Positions 57,967-64,000 of a DNA stretch of 64,000 nt are shown piece by piece. Source of the stretch: Candidatus Eiseniibacteriota bacterium (GTDB lineage Bacteria > Eisenbacteria > RBG-16-71-46 > CAIMUX01 > VGJL01); contig JBHGAY010000018.1 in assembly GCA_041946735.1 (NCBI GenBank), forward strand, positions 53,337 to 117,336, read 5' to 3'. The notes under the pieces were generated by a model. That model did not search any database. It had not been told where the DNA came from and saw only the letters and a list, made by a program, of their open reading frames with translations. Within the stretch, counting starts at the first letter, position 1. Each line of letters opens with the position of its first letter. Both the position numbers and the translations under genes were made by a program.

Positions 57967-58024
57967 GTGCGCTCCTCCCCGGCGAACGGCCGGCGGCGTC
58001 GAGCCGCCGGCCGCGCCGGAAACG

Positions 58025-58708
58025 TCAGGAGATCACTCCGAGCCAGTCGCGCATCAAGAACAGGAAGCGTCCGATCGCCAGCGAGACGCGCGCCATCACG
58101 GTGAAGCCGAACGAGGCGCCGAAGCCGACCATGATGTAGATGATGCCGGTCTGCGCGCCCCACTTGACGACGCCCTTGTGCTCCATCGAGAAGAAGAAGT
58201 AGGTGAGCGTCCCGAGCACTCCGACCAGGACGAGGATCGCCCAGAGCCCGTCGATCGCCGTCGCGAAGCTCGCCTGCGTCACGAGCGTCCCGCGCAACTG
58301 CGGGAAGAACGTCCCCTCGAACGCCGCCGGCACCGAGAGCCCGGTGTAGTACCCCATGAAGATTCCGATCGGGATCCGCACGAGCCACGCCCGGCCCGGG
58401 ACGAAGCGCATGAAGTACAAGAGCCCGATCAGCGCCGGAACGATCAACAGGAAGTTGTGCGGCGCCATCGGATTCAGCACCGACCAGCTCCAGCCGGCCT
58501 TCAGGTCGGTGAACGAGGCGAGAAACGGCTTCAGCATCACCGGGACGATGACGCGGTGCCACATGAACCCCACCGCGTAGCCGTTGGAGATCCCGACGAA
58601 GAGATGCTCCGCGAAGCGGTAGAACGGATTGTCCCGGTACAGGAACGAGAAGACGCAGAGGGTCAGGAAGACGCCGATCCACACCCACAGGTCGTGGCTG
58701 ATGTTCAT
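58025..58708 (-). CDS. Uncharacterised polytopic membrane protein (cassette gene D)
   Basis: About 6 hydrophobic segments; SFLYRDNPFYRFAEHLFVG, MVGFGASFGFTVMAR; ATGA overlap. Confidence 0.85.
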   Translation of the reverse strand: MNISHDLWVWIGVFLTLCVFSFLYRDNPFYRFAEHLFVGISNGYAVGFMWHRVIVPVMLKPFLASFTDLKAGWSWSVLNPMAPHNFLLIVPALIGLLYFMRFVPGRAWLVRIPIGIFMGYYTGLSVPAAFEGTFFPQLRGTLVTQASFATAIDGLWAILVLVGVLGTLTYFFFSMEHKGVVKWGAQTGIIYIMVGFGASFGFTVMARVSLAIGRFLFLMRDWLGVIS

Positions 58709-59574
58709 TGCGCCTTCCTCCTCTTGCCGGCGAAGTAGGCGATGTTGCCGACCACGACGAACGCCATGATCAGCAGGTGGGCGAGAGATTGCGAGCCCAT
58801 CCCCTCCATGGCGCGTCTTCGCCCGTCGACGTGGTAGGTGTTCTCGACGAGGGTCTCGTACTCGGCGGCCCCCTTCATTCCCCCGATGATTCCGGAGAAC
58901 TGCCCGGTCGCGAAGTAGGGGTAGAAGTCCGGCGCGCTGACCGCCGTGCATCCCGCGCCGACCTTGACGCCGAAGCGGGTCTGCGCGAACTGCACGAACC
59001 AGAGCGGCGAGCTGCCTCCGGAGATCGCGCAGATGATTCCGACCTGGTCGTAGTTGCGCACTCCCCGCATCACCGGGAGCGAGTCGGTCGCCGTCCCGAA
59101 GAAGTCGGTCGGGTAGATCGCGGAGATGGACCGACCCATCGACAGGATCGGCACGATCGGCGGCGGCTGCCATCCGAGGAAGGCGATGTCGCGCCCGTAC
59201 ACCACCGAATCGGCGGGACTGGTCGCGCGGCTGTTGAACTCCTCGATCACCTGCTGCATCGCCGCGTTGGCGAGACCCGCCGACTCGATATAGAGGCTGA
59301 TCATCAGCACGCGCACGTGCCGCGCCATGGCATGGCGGATCAGCGCGATCGTCATCGGCTGGTTCTCCGCCTCGGTCTGCGGCACGTAGTCGGTGGAGAT
59401 CATCAGGACTTGCCGCTCGGGGTCGATCGCTTCGATCGCGTCGAACAAAGACTTCGTTGGCTTCTGGATGTTCATCGGCTGCTCGAACGGAAAGATCAGC
59501 GGGACCAGGATCACGAGCGCGAGCGTCAGGAAGATGATCCGGCGATCGATGTGCAGGAAGCGCTCCCAGTTCAC
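58705..59574 (-). CDS. Uncharacterised membrane protein, TM-alpha/beta domain-TM (cassette gene C)
   Basis: N- and C-terminal TM helices; AGCTAVSAPDFYPY, GGMKGAAEYE; GTGA overlap. Confidence 0.85.
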   Translation of the reverse strand: MNWERFLHIDRRIIFLTLALVILVPLIFPFEQPMNIQKPTKSLFDAIEAIDPERQVLMISTDYVPQTEAENQPMTIALIRHAMARHVRVLMISLYIESAGLANAAMQQVIEEFNSRATSPADSVVYGRDIAFLGWQPPPIVPILSMGRSISAIYPTDFFGTATDSLPVMRGVRNYDQVGIICAISGGSSPLWFVQFAQTRFGVKVGAGCTAVSAPDFYPYFATGQFSGIIGGMKGAAEYETLVENTYHVDGRRRAMEGMGSQSLAHLLIMAFVVVGNIAYFAGKRRKAQ

Positions 59575-60230
59575 TTGCCACCTCCCAGCCAGCTCCGCTC
59601 GATCCCGGTCAGGATCTTCAGCAGCGTCGCGGTGGCGCCGAGGGTGACCCCGAGGTCGATCCCTCGCTTGGAAGCGGTGTTCGGGACCGCCATGATCCAG
59701 GAGGAGACCCGCGGCAGGTAGGGCGAGATCGCCTCGCCGATCGGCACCTGCCCGAGCATCACGACGAAGGCTGACCCGAGGAGCAGCGCGGCCATCGCGT
59801 TCTTCGCGCGGAACGACCGGTACGCGGCCGACGCCATGTAGAAGGCGAGCAGCGCGAAGAGGGTCGCTCCGAGCGGCGTGATCATCTGGTTGTAGATCGT
59901 CTGGATGTCGTACTTGAAGCCGCCGACCTGCGTCGGAAGCCAGCCGTCGCCCGACACCCCTCCGAAGAGGCCGATGAAGGACACGGCGAGCAGGCCGAAC
60001 AACGTCGCGTACGAGTGCCGCCAGAACTGCCCCTTCCGGCGGATCCGATGCCAGTGGTGCTGGATCAGGTTGCCGAGCCCGAGGATCAAGGCGAAAGCGC
60101 TGATGATCCGGAGCAGCGTGTCGCGCAGGTAGGCGTTGAATGTCTCGGCGTTCGGGTGCGGCAGGAACCGCGACGTCAAGCCGAGGATCCCCATGACGAT
60201 CAGGAGCGTCAGCGGAAGCTTCTCGCGCAT
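59571..60230 (-). CDS. Uncharacterised polytopic membrane protein (cassette gene B)
   Basis: About 6 hydrophobic segments; LLAFYMASAAYRSFR, VPNTASKRGI, GIERSWL. Confidence 0.85.
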   Translation of the reverse strand: MREKLPLTLLIVMGILGLTSRFLPHPNAETFNAYLRDTLLRIISAFALILGLGNLIQHHWHRIRRKGQFWRHSYATLFGLLAVSFIGLFGGVSGDGWLPTQVGGFKYDIQTIYNQMITPLGATLFALLAFYMASAAYRSFRAKNAMAALLLGSAFVVMLGQVPIGEAISPYLPRVSSWIMAVPNTASKRGIDLGVTLGATATLLKILTGIERSWLGGGK

Positions 60231-60243
60231 CCTCCCCTCCCCC

Positions 60244-61452
60244 CTAGTATCCGTGTGTCGAGAAGATGACGCCGGCGTCGATCCCCGCGAGCAGCGAGAC
60301 GATCGTCCCGCCGATCAAGAGGATCATCATGAGCAGCTTCGCCGCGTCCTGGCCCTTGAGCGCCCCGAGCATCAGAGGCTCGCGGGCGATATAGGCGGAG
60401 GCGGCGTACAGCTCCTCTCCCATCAGCGTGTAGTCGCAGGCGACGACGAAGAACGGAAGCTGCGTGACCTGGTCGGTCCCTGCGATCTGGATCGCGCCGG
60501 TCGCAGCTCCGGTCTCGGCCAGGATCAGCGATTCGCCGTAGAACGGTCCCATGAAGAAGTTCGCGGCCGGCTTCTCGCGGACCATCAGCCCGCCGACCGC
60601 CGCCGCGTAGGCGAGCGCGTTCTCCACGATGAAGAAGACCGAGTTGGGATCGAAGGTGTCGGGGCGCCCGACCGCCTCGTGGGAGCCCTTCACCACCTCG
60701 CGCGCGACGGTGTAGACGACCGGATCACGGCCGGGAACTCGGATCGTCGTCCCGTACTCCGCGGTCTTCTTCGCCACCTCCCCGAGGAGGTTCAGCGAGG
60801 CGACCGTCCCGATGTCGGAGATGTATCCGGTGCCGGGAATGTAGAGCAGGGGCCGCCCCATCTCCGTCGCGCGGCCGACCGCCTCGTCCACGGCGTCGAG
60901 CCCGGCGATCTTGCGGATGAAGAGGTGGATGCCGCTACGAGCCTTGCGGATGTAGAGAAGGATCACGCCGCCGAAGGCGAGGATGGCGATCGCCACGCCG
61001 ATCAGGTCCGTGTTGAACCATCCGGTCGTCGCCACGGCCGGCGCGCTGGGAGGCGAGACCGCTTCCCCGCCGGGGCCCACGGCGACGACCCGGTAGCGGA
61101 AGGCAACGCCGCGGGGCAAGCCCTCGTCGTTGATGCTGGTCGCCGTCGCGCCGACTTGATCGACCGAGGCGAACGAGTCGACCGCGGCCGGTGAGCGTTC
61201 GATGCGGAACGCGGTCGCTCCGCTCCCCCCGCTCCATGCGATGTGGAGCGCCGTCCCATCGTCGTTCGGGACGTCGGAGACCGTGACCGAGCCGGGCGCG
61301 ACGGGCGGCGGACCCGCTGGAGGAACGACGGCGACAGCGGTCGCGCTGTCGGGTGGGCTCTGATCGACGGGGGGCGCCTGCGCCACGCTGACTGCGGTGA
61401 ACAGAAGCAGCAGCAAGGCCAAGACCCCCAGCTGTGCAGTCCATCGTCTCAT
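60244..61452 (-). CDS. FN3 domain plus DUF6754-like membrane protein (cassette gene A)
   Basis: Signal peptide, FN3 (SDVPNDDG..IAW...YRVVA), TM, IRKIAGLDAVDEAVGRATEMGRP, ESLILAETG, QLPFFVVACDYTLMGEELYAASAY, C-terminal TM; family name recalled, not searched. Confidence 0.8.
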   Translation of the reverse strand: MRRWTAQLGVLALLLLLFTAVSVAQAPPVDQSPPDSATAVAVVPPAGPPPVAPGSVTVSDVPNDDGTALHIAWSGGSGATAFRIERSPAAVDSFASVDQVGATATSINDEGLPRGVAFRYRVVAVGPGGEAVSPPSAPAVATTGWFNTDLIGVAIAILAFGGVILLYIRKARSGIHLFIRKIAGLDAVDEAVGRATEMGRPLLYIPGTGYISDIGTVASLNLLGEVAKKTAEYGTTIRVPGRDPVVYTVAREVVKGSHEAVGRPDTFDPNSVFFIVENALAYAAAVGGLMVREKPAANFFMGPFYGESLILAETGAATGAIQIAGTDQVTQLPFFVVACDYTLMGEELYAASAYIAREPLMLGALKGQDAAKLLMMILLIGGTIVSLLAGIDAGVIFSTHGY

Positions 61453-61456
61453 GGGA

Positions 61457-61486
61457 TTCGACCCCTCTTCTTTCGACCCCTCTTCT
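61457..61486. repeat. Exact 15-bp tandem duplication over the ribosome-binding region
   Basis: AGAAGAGGGGTCGAA x2 (minus strand), 4 nt before ATG 61452. Confidence 0.85.
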
Positions 61487-61706
61487 GTGGAAACGAGCGC
61501 TGGTGGGATGGCGGACGGGCGCGTCGTGGGACGGGCGGCGGGAGTGTGCGGAAACCGCGAGCGACTCGCGAGAGGCGAGGCGGCAGCCGAGGCGGAAAAG
61601 CGGTCCCTTGTGGCTTCCCCCCTCCGCATACCTCCCTTTCCCCGCCTGGCGGCGCCGGTCGACCCGGCCCGCCGCGGCTCCCCGCGCCCCGGCTGCACCG
61701 CGTAGA

Positions 61707-61735
61707 AGATTGGCGGAAAGGAGCGTGGGGATCAA
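61707..61735 (-). promoter_or_regulatory. Possible sigma70 promoter for the membrane cassette
   Basis: TTGATC-N17-CAATCT. Confidence 0.4.
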
Positions 61736-61874
61736 GGAACATTCGCCCCTCCTTCCTCGGTCACGGGCGTTTCATTCCGGCCTGGCGCCCTCGCATTCCG
61801 TGGCGGCCGCCCGACTCCGTCCCAGTGGTCTCGCTGGGGAGGCGGCCGTCTCTCGAGTGAGCCGCCGTCGCCGA

Positions 61875-62294
61875 TCAGTCTCGAGCCCGGATCTCTCCTC
61901 GGCCCATGTAGAGGAAGAGCGCGATGCCGCCGGCAAGGAGCAGGTTGATCACCGCGCCCGTCTCGACCGGGCGGCCATAGAGGAGCGTGCCGTTGATGAA
62001 CCCGCCGGCCACGAACAGGACGATCGTCACGATCGTCAGCAGGATTCCGACCCTCGCGCGACGCCAGAGGAGCCAGCCGGAAAGGACGGCCAGCGCGGCG
62101 ACGACGAGCAGCATGATGCCGACGGCCGCCAGCGGAGGGTCGGGAGCGACCTGCTGCTCGGTGATCGCGCGCTCCCCGGCCAGGAGCAGCACGAGCCCTC
62201 CGGCCCCGCGTCCCAGGGCGAGGAGGAACAAGAGGATCGAGGCGGAGCGCAGCGGCGTAAGCGTCCGCCGTGTGGAGGGCGGCGGCGCGCTCAC
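61875..62294 (-). CDS. Hypothetical 4-TM membrane protein
   Basis: Four hydrophobic segments; SD GAGGAG. Confidence 0.7.
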   Translation of the reverse strand: MSAPPPSTRRTLTPLRSASILLFLLALGRGAGGLVLLLAGERAITEQQVAPDPPLAAVGIMLLVVAALAVLSGWLLWRRARVGILLTIVTIVLFVAGGFINGTLLYGRPVETGAVINLLLAGGIALFLYMGRGEIRARD

Positions 62295-62503
62295 GCCCCG
62301 CTCCTCTTCCGGTACGACCAGCCCGACCCGGGCTCGCGGATCATCTTGCGATGAGACATCGGCGCACCTCCCCTGGGCGGACCTTACCGGCGACGTCGAG
62401 GGGCGGCAAGGTCTGGCGCGGCGGGCGCGGGCAAGCTACCGTCGGCCGGGACGGAACGACGACGACGGCGGCGTGGGGGAGTGCAAGGGCAGGAGGAGGG
62501 ATC

Positions 62504-62779
62504 ATGCTTCGCGCGTTCTTCATGAGCTTCGGCCTGATCTTCCTGGCGGAGTTGGGAGACAAGACACAGCTGGCCACGCTCGCGCTCGCCGCCCGCACGG
62601 ACGTGCCAGGCGGACGCTGGCTCGTCTTCGCCGGCTCGGGCCTGGCGCTCGTGGCGACGTCCGCGCTGGCGGTCGTCGCCGGGAGCCTGCTCGATCGCAC
62701 CGTCCCACCGCACGTGATCCGGTGGGTTTCCGGCCTTCTCTTCCTCGCCGCGGGGCTCTGGACTCTCCTCAAGGGGTAG
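62504..62779 (+). CDS. TMEM165/GDT1 (UPF0016) family, single-repeat half protein
   Basis: IFLAELGDKTQLA motif; 3 TM; SD AGGAGG. Confidence 0.92.
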   Translation: MLRAFFMSFGLIFLAELGDKTQLATLALAARTDVPGGRWLVFAGSGLALVATSALAVVAGSLLDRTVPPHVIRWVSGLLFLAAGLWTLLKG

Positions 62780-63335
62780 GAGTCGACCGGTCCCCGCTCT
62801 TGCCCTCCTCGGCGACGACCCTCTCGATGAAGCCTGTCTTCGCCTTCGTGTATGCCTCCCTGTCGCCGGCGAACCGCACGGCGAGAGCGCTCTTCAGCGC
62901 AGCGTAGGCGGCGGCCGTCGCCGGGTCGCGGCGCAGACGATCCCGGAAGAGCAGGTGCCTCTCCCAGTCCGGCGTGTCGACCGGAAAGAAGTGCGCGTGG
63001 ACAATGGAGCGGCCATCGCGGCGTCGAACGAAGTAGAAGCGACCCGGGATCCCGAACTCCCCCTTGTACTCGTAGCCGAGCGCCTCCATCGGCGCGATCG
63101 ACGCCTCGCCGTCCTTCGGTGTGCGGATCCCAGGCATCAGATCGAGGATCGGCTTCGCGAGGAGAGACGGGACCGAGGTGCTGCCGATCCATTCGACCCG
63201 GACGACGCGCGGGCCGCAAGCGTCGCGGATCCGCGCCGCCTCGAAGGCGAAGAGCCATCCCCAGGATGGACGTGTCGGCACCAGTTCGACCCGATTCTGC
63301 TCGCTGCCCAGCGCTTGCCATGGATCGCGCGTCAC
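62769..63335 (-). CDS. GrpB/UPF0157 nucleotidyltransferase-like protein
   Basis: IGSTSVPSLLAKPILD, LLFRDRLR, YAALK, YTKAKTGFI. Confidence 0.9.
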   Translation of the reverse strand: MTRDPWQALGSEQNRVELVPTRPSWGWLFAFEAARIRDACGPRVVRVEWIGSTSVPSLLAKPILDLMPGIRTPKDGEASIAPMEALGYEYKGEFGIPGRFYFVRRRDGRSIVHAHFFPVDTPDWERHLLFRDRLRRDPATAAAYAALKSALAVRFAGDREAYTKAKTGFIERVVAEEGKSGDRSTPTP

Positions 63336-63346
63336 GGCTCCCCCTC

Positions 63347-63808
63347 CTACTGCACGACCGCCGAGACGAGGGCTGCAAAGCCGGCGAGCGCGCTCCAGGT
63401 CCGGACGGTGTGGAATCGCTCCCATCGATCGCGAAGTGCTTTCCAGTCGGCAGGGAGCGAGGCGGCCGACCAGGCGCGAATCTTCTTGTCGATCGGGACT
63501 TCGACGGCGAGCGTCACGATCAGGGCGACCAGATAGAGCGCAAGTCCGACGGCGATCAAGGCGGAGGCCACTCGTGGTCCTTGACCGAGTGTCGCCACGA
63601 GCAGGGCGACCTGGGCGATCGCGGCCAGGATCGTCAGGACCGGCATGATCGGGGCGAGAAGCCGGATCATCGTCTGCCCGATCGAGAGGAAGGTCTCGGG
63701 CGGCAGGGTGCGCATCGCCCGGCTCAGGCCCAGCCACGGACCCCAGAAGACGCCGGCGACGAGTGCGACCAGAACGATCGTGACCCATTGAAGGATATCG
63801 AGGAGCAT
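63347..63808 (-). CDS. DUF1772/anthrone oxygenase family membrane protein
   Basis: TM segments, EVPIDKKI..W...LRDRWERFHTVRT. Confidence 0.8.
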   Translation of the reverse strand: MLLDILQWVTIVLVALVAGVFWGPWLGLSRAMRTLPPETFLSIGQTMIRLLAPIMPVLTILAAIAQVALLVATLGQGPRVASALIAVGLALYLVALIVTLAVEVPIDKKIRAWSAASLPADWKALRDRWERFHTVRTWSALAGFAALVSAVVQ

Positions 63809-63920
63809 TGCGGGTTCCTCCGGTCGGCGGTGCGCGGCCGCCCCCCGTCTTGCTGCACTCTATCGCAGATCGCCGAGCGCGGTCGGATCACAGTGGGCGG
63901 GCCGCCGCGACCGCGCGGGC

Positions 63921-64000
63921 TCAGATCTCCTCCTTCTCTTCGCGCGGCGCGATGCGCTCGCCGAAGCGCTCGATGATGCGGTTGCCGAGCAGCCGCAGCA
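63921..64000 (-). CDS. 3' end of an unidentified gene entering from the right edge
   Basis: ...LRLLGNRIIERFGERIAPREEKEEI* with GC-rich third codon positions. Confidence 0.55.
   Translation of the reverse strand, partial: LRLLGNRIIERFGERIAPREEKEEI

Noticed and set aside
62340..62500. yybP-ykoY manganese riboswitch upstream of the GDT1-family gene
   Set aside because: A hairpin (GACCTT..CCG/CGG..AAGGTC) is present, but I could not find the conserved motifs in the expected order; needs an Rfam scan
1..64000. Prophage, IS element, integron or anti-phage defence island
   Set aside because: No integrase, transposase, phage structural or recognisable defence genes; no obvious compositional break

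Overview
A very GC-rich (roughly 70% or more by eye) bacterial chromosomal segment, densely coding and mostly on the minus strand. I saw no mobile element, CRISPR array, rRNA or intact tRNA. Housekeeping genes: topA (5' part), secA, guaA, purH, purC, comEC, rnr, accA, pyrE, dnaE2, plus a 31-aa bS22-like ribosomal peptide missed by the ORF track. Envelope and secretion genes: a PorU-like C25 sortase, a PorV-like barrel, two further proteins with FlgD-Ig/T9SS-like C-terminal domains, an SLT lytic transglycosylase, a degenerate M23 protein and several lipid enzymes. Signalling modules: ECF sigma/anti-sigma/ABC, TonB receptor/YfiR/hybrid kinase, and PilZ. Gene content suggests a non-Bacteroidota FCB-related lineage such as Ca. 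Eisenbacteria (inference only). The best candidate for an undescribed system is a tightly coupled cassette of four uncharacterised membrane proteins (58025-61452, DUF6754-type). Two of them look like distant paralogs of opposite membrane orientation, and the cassette runs into a CDP-alcohol phosphotransferase and a PAP2 enzyme. The second candidate is a T9SS-like sorting system with FlgD-type cargo. Also seen: two sigma-54 promoters, a Gram-positive-type SOS box before an orphan dnaE2, and several probable leaderless genes. All product calls come from motif recognition by eye, not database searches.
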